Position numbers and translations under genes: made by a program | Notes under the pieces: generated by a model | What the model was told of the DNA's origin: nothing | The model's database searches: none | Seen by the model: the letters and a program-made list of their open reading frames with translations, nothing else | Assembly: GCA_964016885.1 (NCBI GenBank) | Contig: OZ024763.1 | Coordinates: 25,420,001 to 25,484,000 of the forward strand | Length of the DNA: 64,000 bases | Direction: 5' to 3' | Source: Eledone cirrhosa | Lineage: Eukaryota | Shown: positions 26,975 to 40,622 of the stretch, piece after piece | How the letters are laid out: every line of letters starts with the position of its first letter | How positions within the stretch are numbered: the first letter of the stretch is position 1

Positions 26975-27525
26975 AACACAGCTTTATCGTGGAATTTAGA
27001 TGCTAGAGTGCGAGCATTCCACAGACACGTGTACCAATAATGTAAATCTTAGGAAGATTCAGTATAATACAGTGTGGCTCTCGAATGGACCTCCGTCGGT
27101 TTCGACGACGATTTGTGTTCAATCAACAAGACAGCTTTATCGTATTTCGATATGGAATTTAGATGCTAGTGTCCGAGCATTCACAGACACGTGTACTGTG
27201 AAGCTACTTCTCAGGGAGATGCAGCATGACACAGTGTGTGTGAAATGGACCTCCGTCGGTTTCAAAGATGAGCGTTTGATCAACTGGATAGTCATATCAT
27301 AATATTTAGCTGTACGTGACTGAGCATTCTACACATGTATATACTTAGCGTAATTCTCAGGGAGATTCAGAATAACACAGTGTATGTAACAAGGTTGGCT
27401 CTTTGAACTACAGAAACTATACATTGTGTATTGTAGTATAAATAGCCGAGCGTTTCACAAACACGTGTACCCTTAATATAATCCTCATATGTGACAAGGC
27501 CGGCCCTTTGAATTACAGGTACACT
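26975..27525 (+). repeat. Tandemly reiterated SINE-tail fragments (~4)
   Basis: Repeated gagcatt..acagacacgtgtac..ctcagggagattcag..acacagtgtg. A related piece lies at ~52795-52860. Confidence 0.6.
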
Positions 27526-28284
27526 CAGTACCGGATTTATGACAAATGGGGCCCTGTGCTAGTTAAGTTATGAGGCCCCAAACATTTGAAAAACTCATCG
27601 TAAAACATTCGGGGTGGGCTGCGCTTAATTATACCTAAGCACAATGGTAAATCCGGCACTTAATACAATCTATCTCTCTGGGCTTCCAAATAGTTTCTGT
27701 CCGCCAAATTTCACCCACAAAACATTAGTAAAAAAAAAAATGTCTCGCAGTGGGATCGATCCCAAGACTTCATATTTCTTAACGTTTCAGCCATGCTGAG
27801 TCCACGAAATACTGGTACAATATCTATCCAACAGGCTTCCAACCACGGCGAGGATAGAAAAAAAACAATTTGACAAAATGTCCCACAATGGGATCGAACC
27901 CTCAAGTTTGCGAACCGAACTTCTTAACCATTAAGCCACTCTGAGTCCATGAAATAATGGTACAAGATCCATCCGACAGGCTTCCTGGCAGTTTCTGCCT
28001 ACACAATATCACACACAAGAGATGGGTCGACCCGAGGCTGGGGTATATAACACTTCCCTCAATAATCGAACCCGAGATCTAATGATTGTGAAGTGAACTC
28101 TCCAGTCATGTTACACCCCACCCACTGCAATGGTTATCTTGATACAATAACTCGCGAGGTGAGTCCCAGGGACACCATATTGACATACAGCATTTCTGGG
28201 GCAATCTCTTTTAAAGCCTGGCGGAGCCCATCTCCTCTCCAGGTCTCAATACAGCAGAGTTCTTCCAGAGGAGAGATACAGTAA

Positions 28285-28628
28285 GAGATATAGTGGAAGA
28301 AACAACCCCAGTACTTGACTGGTACTTTTTTTATTGACCTTGAATGCATGAAAGAAGAGAGAGAGACAGAGAAAGAGAGAAACACAGAGAGAGAGAGAGA
28401 GAGAGAGAGAACATCATGAAATGAGAAAGAGATATAGTGGAAGAAACAACCCCAGTACTTTACTGGTACTTTTTTTATTGACCTTGAATGCATGAAAGGA
28501 GAGAGAGAGAAAGAGAAAGAGAGAGAGAGAGAGAACATCATGAAGTGAGAAAGAGATATAGTGGAAGAAACAACCCCAGTACTTTACTGGTACCCTTTTT
28601 ATCGACCTCGAAAGGATGAAAGGCAAAG
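28285..28628. repeat. Triplicated SINE fragment plus (GA)n
   Basis: gagatatagtggaagaaacaaccccagtact..actggtac occurs three times. Confidence 0.85.
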
Positions 28629-29375
28629 TTGACCAGATAGCTTAGTCGAAGGCTTAGTTGACCAGATAGCTTAAACGAAGGCTTAGTTGACCCGATAGCT
28701 TAAACGAAGGCTTAGTTGACCAGATAGCTTAAACGAAGGCTTAGTTGACCAGATAGCTTAAACGAAGGCTTAGTTGACCAGCTAGCTTAAACGAAGGCTT
28801 AGTTGACCAGATAGCTTAAACGAAGGCTTAGTTGACCAGATAGCTTAAACGAAGGCTTAGTTGACCCGATAGCTTAAACGAGGGCTTAGTTGACCAGCTA
28901 GCTTAAACGAAGGCTTAATTGACCAGATAGCTTAAACGAAGACTTAGTTGACCAGATAGCTTAAACGAAGGCTTAGTTGACCAGATAGCTTAAACGAAGG
29001 CTTAGTTGACCAGATAGCTTAAACGAAGACTTAGTTGACCAGATAGCTTAAACGAAGACTTAGTTGACCAGATAGCTTAAACGAAGGCTTATTTGACCAG
29101 ATAGCTTAAACGAAGGCTTAGTTGACCAGATAGCTTAAACGAAGGCTTAGTTGACCAGATAGCTTAAACGAAGACTTATTTGACCAGATAGCTTAAACGA
29201 AGGCTTAGTTGACCAGATAGCTTAAACGAAGGCTTAGTTGACCAGATAGCTTAAACGAAGGCTTAGTTGACCAGATAGCTTAAACGAAGACTTATTTGAC
29301 CAGATAGCTTAAACGAAGGCTTAGTTGACCAGATAGCTTAAACGAAGGCTTAGTTGACCAGATAGCTTAAACGAA
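28629..29375. repeat. 29-bp minisatellite (~25 copies) expanded inside a SINE
   Basis: Unit ttgaccagatagcttaaacgaaggcttag, flanked by SINE sequence ggatgaaaggcaaag on the left and ataccgcaaagcatt on the right. Confidence 0.95.
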
Positions 29376-29766
29376 TACCGCAAAGCATTCTAATAAATAT
29401 TGCCTGTACAGGTAATCAAAGTGTGTATACATTTTGGGAGGACACCATATATATATATATATGGTTTATACATGTTTATACACGTGAGTATACGGTGAAT
29501 GTATATATACACACAACGCCCACATACATACATATATATATAAACTTTCCTCTTGTTTTATCTTCATAAACTGACAATGCTTTATTTTTATTTTTATTTA
29601 TTTTAATTTTAACTTTAATTTTGTCCTTTAATATGAATGTATGTAAATTGCCATATTATGATATTATTATGATGGATGTCAACCCGCCGTGGGTCAATAT
29701 ATACATATGTTTTTATATGTCTCTTGTGTTGAAAAGGAGGTCAAGTATGTAAAAATCACTAAATAG

Positions 29767-29815
29767 TTGCTCTGAAGAATCCAAACCTCGGTTTAGAGGA
29801 AACAATTGTAAGCAA
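29767..29815 (+). ncRNA. Type-I hammerhead ribozyme, family D
   Basis: TTGCT-CTGAAGA-a-tccaaac-ctcg-gtttaga-g-GAAA-caatt-GTA-AGCAA. Perfect 5-bp stem I, palindromic ACAATTGT stem III, GUA triplet. Confidence 0.8.
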
Positions 29816-29869
29816 ATAAATGATTTAAACTGAACTTTGATTCATGTAATTTCTATACATATATATATG

Positions 29870-30060
29870 TGTGTGTGTGTGTCTGTGTTAAGTATTTCCG
29901 TGGAAAAAAAATTTACTTCGTTGTATTTATTAACTGTATAAAACTTTTAAAGTTTAACAATATATTATATATTGTTAAACTTTAAAAGTTTTATACAGTT
30001 AATAAATACAACGAAGTAAAAATTTTTCCGCGGAAATACTTAACACAGACACACACACAT
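29870..30060. repeat. Near-perfect ~190-bp palindrome
   Basis: Arms mirror around aacaatatattatatattgtt (~29966). Confidence 0.93.
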
Positions 30061-30782
30061 ACATATATATATATGGGGGCGTTGTGTATACGCACGTGTA
30101 TAAACAAACAAACAAAAGGGGACAGGGGAATTCCTGTATGCGCAGGACAAGTACCGAGTAAAGAAGGTTGTATGCAAAATGCGACTTATACACGTGTATA
30201 TTCTGGTATTAAAAACAGTAAAAATAACCAAAATAACTCACCTATTTATCACTTCCGCTTTGTTCGACGTCAACCGGAATTTCTTTTCTTTGCAAAGTAC
30301 GCAGGAAATGATGACATCACCAAATAGTGTGTTGAATGAGTTTTAGGGTTTGACCATTTACGTATTTTTTTTATTTCTATATATTTAATTTTTTCAAAGA
30401 ACTGGGGACAATATTTTGGTGGGGGTACAGCAGGGCTCTGCAGATGGGGCCTATATATAATGGCTTCTAAATTTAGCACAAGGCCTACAATTTGAAGGGG
30501 ATGGGAAAGTCGATTAAATCGACTCGTGTATTACTGGTACTTAACAATTGGCTATTTACTAACTTTGTGTGTGTGCGTGTATATCATCAACATCACTGTT
30601 TAGCATCCATTTGTCCATGTTTGCGTGGGTTAGACGAGTTGTCCACTCTTGGAGGCAAGTCTGGCCAGTTGACCACACCGTACCTTGCTCTGACGAGGAC
30701 CGTAAATTTCGCTGAGTATTTTACAACTGCCCTTCCTAACACCAACCATGTTTACAGTATATATATTTATTTTTAAATGCAT

Positions 30783-31090
30783 ATGCATATGGCTTAGTGA
30801 TTAGAGCATTGGGCTTGCAATCAAAAGGTTGTGAGCTCAATTCTCAGACCGGGTGATGTGTTGTTTCCTTGAGCAAGACACTTTATTTCAAATTGCTCCA
30901 GTTTACTCAGCTGTAGAAATGAGATGATAGGGACTGGAGTCTCTATCATTCCACTGCAAAAAAGCACCCAGCACTCACTGTAAATGAGGTTGGTGTTAGG
31001 AAGGGCATCCAGCTGTAGAAATCAAGCCAGAATCAGTTCCCGTCCCACCCTTGCAAGCAAGGAAAAGCGGACATAAAATGATGATGATGA
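30783..31090 (+). mobile_element. CORE-like SINE with RTE-derived 3' tail
   Basis: tRNA-like head gcatatggcttagtg, central ccttgagcaagacacttta, tail cccgtcccacccttgcaagc..(atg)n. Siblings at 48601-48945 (+) and 62510-62700 (-). Confidence 0.8.
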
Positions 31091-31127
31091 TATTTATATA
31101 TATGAGTGTGTGTGTGTATGTGTGTAC

Positions 31128-31273
31128 AGTATTTCCTGGCGCCAGAGACGCTGCTTAATTTTGACAACCAAAACTTTGTAAAAGATAAACAACATTCGGC
31201 CTCCTGGACGCATGGTAGATTTTTGAAACTTATTTTAGGAAAAAAGTAGCATCTTCGACGCCGGGAAATACAG
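31128..31273. mobile_element. TA-flanked Tc1/mariner-type MITE
   Basis: Ends cagtatttcctggcgccagagacgctgct and agtagcatcttcgacgccgggaaatacag are inverted; TA flanks. Confidence 0.6.
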
Positions 31274-31306
<33 letters not shown>

Positions 31307-31824
31307 CGAGAAGGAATTTGTAGTTTACTTGAAGCATTGTATATGGTATAGAGAATTGGAAGTTGGAAAGCCACAACAATGTAGGTTTGGACAGAGAAAA
31401 AAATCAACATGCAAAAACGTAGGGTTTGTTTTGTTTTTACCTTAATTTATTCATTTGTCCTGATATTTCGAGATTAATATCTCTTCATCCGAGGAAAATA
31501 AAAGAACTATTCCAGTGTCCATGCTGGCCAGAAGTGGTTTTATTGACCTTGAATATCAACTGTCCCTTCTGTTCTACCATCAATGTTTTGGGGCACATAC
31601 TTATCGGCTTATATTCAAGAATATATAGGGTGTATATACAGTGTACCCCTAGCATTCACGGTCCCAGTTATTCGCTGAATTTTCCTCAAAATCTAACTAA
31701 TAATTGTTTGTGGAAACCACCGTAAATTTGCGGATTCATAAATATCTTCCGCGATTTCTTTATGGCTTTTTTCGTGGCAATAAATATATTTTCATGCTTT
31801 TTAACTCTAAATTACTACTAATAA

Positions 31825-32021
31825 CTGTCGCTACTTTTGGCACAGGGCCAGCAATTATCCCAGTGTATTACTGGTACTTTATCTTATTGACCTCATAAGG
31901 ATGAAAGGCAAAGTTAACCTTGGCGGCATTTAAACTCAGACCGTAAAGGGCCACGGTCTGAGTTCAAATCCCGCCAAGGTTAACTTTGCCTTTCATCTTT
32001 ACGGGGTTGATAAAATAAAGT
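31825..32021. mobile_element. Foldback SINE (two inverted partial copies)
   Basis: ..ggatgaaaggcaaagttaaccttggcgg..ctcagaccgt-aaagggcc-acggtctgag..ccgccaaggttaactttgcctttcatc.. Confidence 0.85.
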
Positions 32022-32300
32022 GGCTACTTCTCCAAATTGAGAGATCACAGATCCAATACTATGAGCATGTGGTTAGAATGTCTCAGGAAAGAATCGCTGG
32101 ACAGATTTTACAGGCAAAACCAACTGGCAAGAGACCCAAGGGGCAGACCCCGAGCAAGATGGTTAGATAACATCCATGAGTTTGGCTGGTCACGCTCGGG
32201 AATCCAGCCGAATCAGCTGCTTCTTACAGGACCTGCTGGAAGGAGTGTTTGAGGACTCTGTCCCCACAACCCTCTCAGGAATAAGTGAGTGAAGAAGAAG
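32022..32300 (+). mobile_element. RTE-like LINE 3' fragment, second family
   Basis: Encodes decayed ..SQ.RYYGHVVRM..RPRGRPRARWLDNI. Siblings at 37375-37640, 49210-49770 and 55675-56075 (internally triplicated). Confidence 0.7.
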
Positions 32301-32478
32301 GAGTGTGGAAAAAAAATGTGGGTGACAGGCAGATGAAATATAGAAATGATAGAAAGAGGAGGACAAGGAGAAGCAAGTTTACACATAGAAGTGACTGAAA
32401 GGAAATATATATATTACATATATGCATGCACATATATATTCATACATTAAAAATAATCAAATTTACACACACACACAT

Positions 32479-32526
<48 letters not shown>

Positions 32527-33058
32527 TATATACACAAACATATATACAAGAAAATTAAAATTAAAGATTGTCTAATATATACATATACACCATACTACAT
32601 GCTTTGATTTGATTGAGTCCGTATGTCTGTGAGATGATCGATGCTGGAGTCAGGTCTATCACATCGAAGATCTCAAAAGCCACTCATCTGTGAAACACAT
32701 GTAACGGTCCATATACAATAAAAACATTTTAAAGTGAAACTCCATATATATATATATCAATCATCATCATCATTATTTTACGTCTGCTTTTCCCTGCTTG
32801 CAAGGTTGGGACAGGTCCTATTCAGCACAGCATCTCTCCATTCGTCATCTCCTCTGTGGGCTTCAGTGATCTGAGGTCAGCTCTCACCACCTCTGCCCAT
32901 GATTTTTGTGGTCTTCCTCTACTGCGTCTTCCTTCTACTGGGATTTCTTGGCACATCTTTACCCAGCGGTCACCCTCCATGTGCATCACATGTCCATACC
33001 AATGCACTACAGGGTTTCCTTCTTGTACACAGCTTCTCTCTCAACTTGTCTATGCTTA

Positions 33059-33100
<42 letters not shown>

Positions 33101-33111
33101 AAATGTATATA

Positions 33112-33328
33112 TGAAATTTAGTAGAAATAGAAGCTTTCACAATACTTTTTACTAAAGAAACTTTAGTCTTATACTGGGGTTTAGAGCCCTCAAAAAAAAT
33201 GGAAAAGGATGAGTATTGATGTCAATACTCATCCTTTTCCATTTTTTTGAGGGCTCTAAACCCCACTATCAGGCTAAAATTTCTTTGGTCAAAAATATGG
33301 TGAAAGCTTCTATTTCTACTAAATTTCA
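33112..33328. repeat. ~215-bp palindrome between two (TA)n tracts
   Basis: Centre gagtattgatgtcaatactc; arms are reverse-complementary. Confidence 0.93.
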
Positions 33329-33355
33329 AACTTCGATTGCTGTTTCAAAACAAAC

Positions 33356-33425
<70 letters not shown>

Positions 33426-33683
33426 TGTGTGTGTATATATAATATGGTGGATGAGAGGAGGGCTGTGTGGTTACTGATAATGAGTGTTAGAAGGTAAGGA
33501 GACACAAACAAGAGATGGTCAGTCTCCCTTCGTCGGTAGTTTACTACGGGTCATGGATATTTCGGCCCATTATAAACTATATATATACATGTGGTGTGTG
33601 AGTGTGTAAATATATCATTTTTTTTTCTGAAATACACTAAATAAATAAATAAGACAAGCCTTAAAACAGGCTTCTGTAGCATT

Positions 33684-33689
33684 TTTATT
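33684..33689 (-). terminator. Candidate polyadenylation signal of a minus-strand transcript
   Basis: AATAAA on the minus strand, followed ~30 nt later by GT/T-rich sequence (gcttgtcttatttatttatttagtgt). The motif is common in AT-rich DNA. Confidence 0.25.
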
Positions 33690-33771
33690 GCAATATGTAT
33701 TTATTTATGAATTATTATTATTATTATTATTTTCATTTTTTTTTTCAATTTTTTTGTCCATTTTATAAAGG

Positions 33772-33811
<40 letters not shown>

Positions 33812-35698
33812 GGATTTATATATACATATATATGAATATATATATATATATATGGATTTATATATACATATTTATGAATATATATATATATGGATTTATA
33901 TATACATACATATGAATATATATATATATATATATATGGATTTATATATATATATATATATATATGGATTTATATATACATATATATGAATATATATATA
34001 TGTATATATATGTATGTATGTATCTATATATATGTATATATATGTATGTATGTATGTATATATATGTATATATATATATATATATATGATAATTGGAAAA
34101 AAAATAAAGCACAACCACAAATTAAAAATATTTTTCAGATAATGAAAAAAAAAAATAATAAAGCACAGCATGGGAGGCGAGAGAGAGATAGAGAGGGGGG
34201 AGGGGGAGATAATCAGAAGGGAAAGAAAGAGAGAAAGATAATTAGGGAGAGAGAGTGAAATCGAGAGAGTGGAGTGGGAGAGACAATTAGGTAGAGAGTG
34301 GGAGAGAAGAGAGGGAGAAAGCAAGAGGGAGAGATAAGTATGTAGGTAAATAGTCAGATAGATGGATAACAGAGAGAGAAAGAGAGCTAGGGAGGGGAGG
34401 AGGGCTGGGACATAAGTAGATAGATAGATAGGTATATAAAGTTGTTGAAAGTTAATAAAGAAATGAGAGTTGTTGTTGTTCTTAGTGGTGGTGGTGGTGG
34501 TGGAAGATGATACCAGGGAGGGGAAGTGATGTGGGGGGTGTAGGGAGGAGGTGTGTGGATGATGGGGCTGCGGTAGGGGGCGTAGGGGAGGGGGAATCAG
34601 CAGTTCAAGAGCAAGAAGTAGAAAATACCAAAAACAAAAGAAAAAAGAAACATATCTCCCTTCAAAAAAATTTGTTTTAAATTCATTGAAACATTTAAAA
34701 ATAAATAAATTTAGGACATATATAAATATATATAACAAAAAAAGAAGGGAAATTTATTTAATCTTAACCCTTTCAGGACCACATTTCAAAAGAAATACAC
34801 TCTGTTTCAAAGAATTTTGAGAGATTTACTAAACTTACTAATTATTTCATTACTAAGATAGTCTTGTAACATGCAAGTGTCGGCTGACTATGAAAGAGTG
34901 ATGCTAGAGCTGTGAAATCTTATATGCATCAATTTCAACTCCTCTTATTAATAACTGTATTGTTTCTTTCCAGGGACTATGTTGAAAAATAAACCTTGTT
35001 TGGTCATTCAATGAGTGTCTTAGTCAGACTACAAAGGAGTGATGCCTGAGCTGTAAAATCTTACATGCATTAATTTCAACTCTTCTTATTAATAACTGCA
35101 TTGTTTCTTTCCAGGGACTATGTTGAAAAAGAAATCTCATTTGGTCATTCCATAAGAGTACTTTGGTCAGCCTATTAACTTTTCAGATGACCTTTGTACA
35201 GTTATATAAAATTATGTCAGTAAATTTTAATTTAAATAGAAAATCTTTAAAATGGGTGGTTTTGTTGTATAGGACCATAGCCAGTTTTTGGCTGTGTACG
35301 TATCAAAAGAGTTACAACGAATTTGGAGGGATTTATTTAAATTATTAATTATTTCAATATTAAGATGGTATTTGTACCACAACCATAACATATGGCTCTT
35401 ATATAAAATAATGTTTGAAAATTTCAATTTAAATAGTAACCATTTAAAATGGGTGGTTTTGTTTCATAGAACAAGAGCTATTTTTGGCTGGGTGGATGCC
35501 AAAATAGTTTCTTTCTTTTTTTAATAATACAAAAAGCTAATTTCGTTATTTTAAACAAAATATAATATCTAATCCTTTTGATGCCGAAGGACAGCCTGAA
35601 ACCATTCCTGGTTACATAGTACAAAACTACTCATTGTCAAGTGTTTATATTTATCAAGTAGTATAGTTAATATGAAGCATTGAGAGATATATAATAAA

Positions 35699-36005
35699 TG
35701 ACTAGTAAGTTTATCAGAAAGCCGGTACAGTGCAGTCGAAATATATAAAGGGTAAAGGATGACAAATAAAACTAAATAAAGTAATATTTTTACCTAGTAT
35801 ATTTCAACATAATATTTCAGAGCTCCATTCATTTTGTTTTGAACCATCTTCGTTTTTAACATTTGAAAAGAGGGTTATAACTCCGAAATATTAAGTTGGA
35901 ATATACTGGGTAAGAAAAACATTACTTGTTTTGTTTTATTTGTCATCCTTTGCTCTTTATATATTTCTACCACATTGTACCAGCTTTCTGAAATACTTAT
36001 CAGTT
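35699..36005. repeat. Diverged inverted repeat (125-bp arms) near (TA)n
   Basis: 35699-35824 is approximately the reverse complement of 35881-36005. Confidence 0.8.
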
Positions 36006-37674
36006 ATATATATGTATGTGTGTGTGTGTTTGGACCTAGCTGTCGAACGACCAGAGCTCAGCCGTCAAAATCCTGACTATTTTCTCATTACCCACTCTAC
36101 TACCCTAAGGATTGAGTACTCTGGTGCGTTATGGTCCAGCTGGTATCTTACAACACCCTCTTTGTTTATATACATATATATATATATATATTTATATTAA
36201 CCTTCTGGATGCTCCAGGTGCATTATGTCGCCAATTGAATAATCTCCCTTTAATTCATAAAAAATTCTAGCATGCTAAAGGTTAAAACCTCTCATCATAA
36301 TTCTGTTTACAAACTTTTTTATTTAATAATGCTCGACACCCCATCTTAATAACTGCTTCTAACATTGGCACAAGACCAACAATTTGGGGGACAGGAGAAA
36401 GTTGATTAAATCAACCCCAGTATTTAACTGGTACTTTTAATTTATGGACTGTGAACAGATGAAAGCAAAGTTGACCTCGGTGGGATTTGAACTCAGAAAG
36501 TAGGTCATAACTAAATACCGCAAAGCATTTTGTCTGATTTTCTAACGATACTGTCAATTAATGATGTTCTAATTAACGATACTCTTATGACACTCCAAAC
36601 TAACGATACTCTAACGATGTTCTAACAATACTGTCAACCCATTGCCCTCACAGCAGCTCAATAACAAGAAAGCTAATTATTTTACTAAATTCCTAATTAT
36701 TTTTCAAAATTACCTGAATCATATAGTCAGCGGTGTCTTTAATTAGAAATATGGTAACGAAAGGGTTTCAAAAACAAACACACAAACAAACAAACATTCA
36801 TAAAACTAAAACAAAAAAAACAAAACAAAATGAGAAAATGTGATGGTTTGATTTGAAATACACTGAATGAAATGAAGGAAGGGGTCAAGAGTTATTCAGA
36901 TGTAAAATTTCATTATACCCCATACCATCCCCTCCCAATCACTGACAAACCTCAATCATCTCCACACCCCAACCTCATGGACTATAACCTAATACCTACC
37001 CACTCACCTTCCGCTATCATTGTCATCATCATGATCATCATCGTCATTATTTTTACATGTTTTTTTGGGGGGGGGGGGATTTCCATGCTTCTTTGTGTAT
37101 ATATTACAACTCAAGTATAATGTCACCCCCATTTCTGAAGCTAAAAACACAATATAATTTTTTTTTTTTTTTTTTCAAGACGGAATATATTACATTCTTG
37201 TGTATATGACCCGAAATACAACCATGTCTACCCCTGTTTTCGAAATAAAAAAAAATTAAAAAAATTGGAAATAAATTACATCCCTGTGTAATTTCTGAGA
37301 ATGTGTGTTTGCATATAATACCACCCCAACTGTTTTACTCTTAACTTTAGTTCAAAATTTCTAGAATGATAAAGTGCGTAGCTCAGAGTCACTCCGGGTA
37401 GAACCGCGACTTCTCTGAATTATGAGATCACAGCTCTGATATTATAGACATGTGATTAGACTATCTCAGAAATTTCATGGGCAAAACCAGCTGGCAGGAG
37501 ACCCAGGAGTAGACCCCCCAAGCAAGATGGTTGGATAACATCCATGAGCTTGGCTAGTCACGCTTGGGGATCCAGCTCGATCAGGACCTGCTGGAGAGAG
37601 CGTTTGAGGTCTCTGCCTCCACGACCCTCCCAGAAATAAGGTTTCGCTGTTATTCTTATCAAAGTCCTGTGATT

Positions 37675-38062
37675 TTTTTAGAGAAATTAGGCTGCTATTT
37701 CTAGCAATAGTGTAATATTTTTAGAGAGAGATTTGGCTGCTATTTCTAGCAATGGTGTAATATTTTTAGTGAGATATTTGGCTGTTACTTCTGGCAAAGG
37801 TGTAATGTTTTTAGAGAGATATTTGGCTGCTATTTCTAGCAATGGTGTAATATTTTTAGGGAAATTTGGCTGTTATTTCTACCAATGGTGTAACATTTTT
37901 AGAGAGATATTTGGCTGCTATTTCTAGCAATGGTGTAATATTTTTAGTGAGATATTTGGCTGTTATTTCTAGCAATGGTGTAACATTTTTAGAGAGATAT
38001 TTGGCTGCTATTTCTAGCAATGGTGTAATATTTTTAGGGTGATTCGGCTGCTATTTCTACCA
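37675..38062. repeat. ~45-bp minisatellite (~8 copies)
   Basis: Unit tttttagagagatatttggctgctatttctagcaatggtgtaata. Confidence 0.92.
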
Positions 38063-39469
38063 ACAATGCTGGACCACTAAAAGGTTCTAATGATAGACTT
38101 TATCCCAAGAGGAGACAGTCAACATTGACAAGATTCAAGCTCAGAAAATAAACAGCCTTAACTAAACATTGCAAGACATTTTATCAGTCGCTCTACCAAT
38201 TCTACCAAAACACCCAATAGAATCAGACACTTTTGTGATACACAGAAGCCCTTAAAGATGTTTTTTGATTTAGGCACAAGGCCAGCAATTTTGGGAAAAG
38301 GTGAAAGTCAATTAAATCGACCCCAGTGCATTACTGGTACTTTATTTTATCGACCCCCGTAAGGATGAAAGGCAAAGTTAACCTGGGCGGGATTTGAACT
38401 TAGAACATAAAGGGCCATAACTCAATGCCACAAACCATGTTCCGATGCTCTACCAATTACTGCCAATCACAATAATTAAAATGAAAGCATAATTGCATTA
38501 TTTAGTATTTGGTTACGAGGAGGTGAGGGCGGGAAGGAGAAGGAGATGAATGACTGAGAGGGAGGACACGAGCCCATTGCATGACAGACGGGAGAGAGGG
38601 GGCTACCAGATTTGGAAGGGGTGGGATGGGGCCCAAGGGGGTTGAATTGTTCTTTTGGTAAAGGAGAGAGGGTGGCAGGGTAGTGGTGAATTGGAGTTTC
38701 GGCAGATGGTGGAGGAGTGGGAGGTTCAAATTGTTGTTTCAGCAGAAGAGAGGGAGGGGGTGTATGTGGGGGTGTTTGGTTTCTGACCCCCACCCCGTCC
38801 CTTGTCCATCATCGGCCTGGCTCATCTCACCACTCCCACCTTCCCACTCCCAGTCACCTATAAATTACATAGTTTACCTCTTCTTCTTCTCCTTCTCCCC
38901 CACACACCCCTCCACCACCATCACAATAAGCAGTATACCTTTCTAAACCCCGCCCGCCCCCGTGTACGCTCCACACACAACACATACACACGCTTGCATA
39001 ACACTGCCACCACCATCACATTAAGCAGTGTACCTCTCTCACATTTTCTCCACCACCATCACCACCACTACATTAAGCAGTATAACTGACTTCCTCTCTC
39101 TCTCTCCACCACCACCGCTACACTAAACAGTATCTCTCTCTCTCTCCACCACCATCACTGCCACTACATTAAGCAGTATACCTCTCTCTCTCTCTCTCTC
39201 CACCACCATCGCCATGTTAAGCAGTATATATCTCTCTCTTCCCACCACCACCACTACCACCTCCTATATACGAGCTGGCTGGCTGGCTGCAACAGTGTTA
39301 CTGAGAGAGTGGGAGAAGGGGGAAGGAAGGAAGGAAGGAAGGAGGTGGTAGTGGTGGTAGCGACATGATAGGGGTGTGGTAAGAGGAGATGAAACAGAAA
39401 GAAAGCAAGCCCCTCATCTCACCAAAAAAAACATGGATGGCAACCCTGAATTTCACTGATGCATTTATA

Positions 39470-40622
39470 TGGTGTGGTCAGTTTATATACAAACTCTGGT
39501 CAGTTTTTATACAACTGGTCAGTTTATATACAACCACTGGTCAGTTATATACAACCACTGATCAGTTATATATAACCACTAGTATGTCTTCTATAACCAC
39601 TTGGTTTACTTTAACCAGTGGTCACTTCACTATAACTACTGGTCAGTTTAATATAACCACTTGTTGGTTTAATTTAACCAGTGGTCATTTTACTTAAACA
39701 ATTTGGTTTACTATAACTACTGGTCAGTTAAGTAAAACCACTTGTTAGTTTAATTTAACCAGTTGGTTTATTTTGACCAATGGTCAGTTATATATAAACA
39801 TTACTCTGTCCAGTATGACCACAGGACAATTCACTATCACCAGTGGTCAGTTATATATAACCATTAGTTATGTATAAACATTACTCGGTCCAGTATAGCT
39901 ATTGGTCAAATCCCTTTAACCAGGTGTCGGTTATATATAACCATCACTCGGTCCAGTATAGCTATTGGTCAAATCCCTTTAACCAGTGGTCGGTTATATA
40001 TAGCCATCACTCGGTCCAGTATAGCTATTGGTCAAATCCATTTAACCAGAGGTCGGTTATATATAACCATCACTCGGTCCAGTATAGCTATTGGTCAAAT
40101 CCCTTTAACCAGTGGTCGGTTATATATAGCTATCACTCGGTCCAGTATAGCTATTGGTCAAATCCATTTAACCAGAGGTCAGTTATATATAACCATCACT
40201 CGGTCCAGTATAGCTATTGGTCAAATCCATTTAACCAGAGGTCGGTTATATATAACCATCACTCGGTCCAGTATAGCTATTGGTCAAATCCATTTAACCA
40301 GAGGTCAGTTATATATAACCATCACTCGGTCCAGTATAGCTATTGGTCAAATCCATTTAACCAGAGGTCAGTTATATATAACCATCACTCGGTCCAGTAT
40401 AGCTATTGGTCAAATCCATTTAACCAGAGGTCAGTTATATATAACCATCACTCGGTCCAGTATAGCTATTGGTCAAATCCATTTAACCAGAGGTCAGTTA
40501 TATATAACCATCACTCGGTCCAGTATAGCTATTGGTCAAATCCATTTAACCAGAGGTCAGTTATATATAACCATCACTCGGTCCAGTATAGCTATTGGTC
40601 AAATCCATTTAACCAGAGGTCA
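39470..40622. repeat. 21-bp degenerate array grading into a homogeneous 63-bp (3x21) higher-order array (~12 copies)
   Basis: Monomers such as ctggtcagttatatacaacca at 39470-39880, then unit ctcggtccagtatagctattggtcaaatccatttaaccagaggtcagttatatataaccatca. Confidence 0.93.

Noticed and set aside
28629-29375. CRISPR-like 29-bp repeat array
   Set aside because: Head-to-tail repeats without unique spacers, no cas genes, eukaryotic context.
32615-32710. ccgt...GAAACACATGTAacgg hammerhead-like arrangement
   Set aside because: The CTGANGA core is absent; at most a heavily decayed relic.
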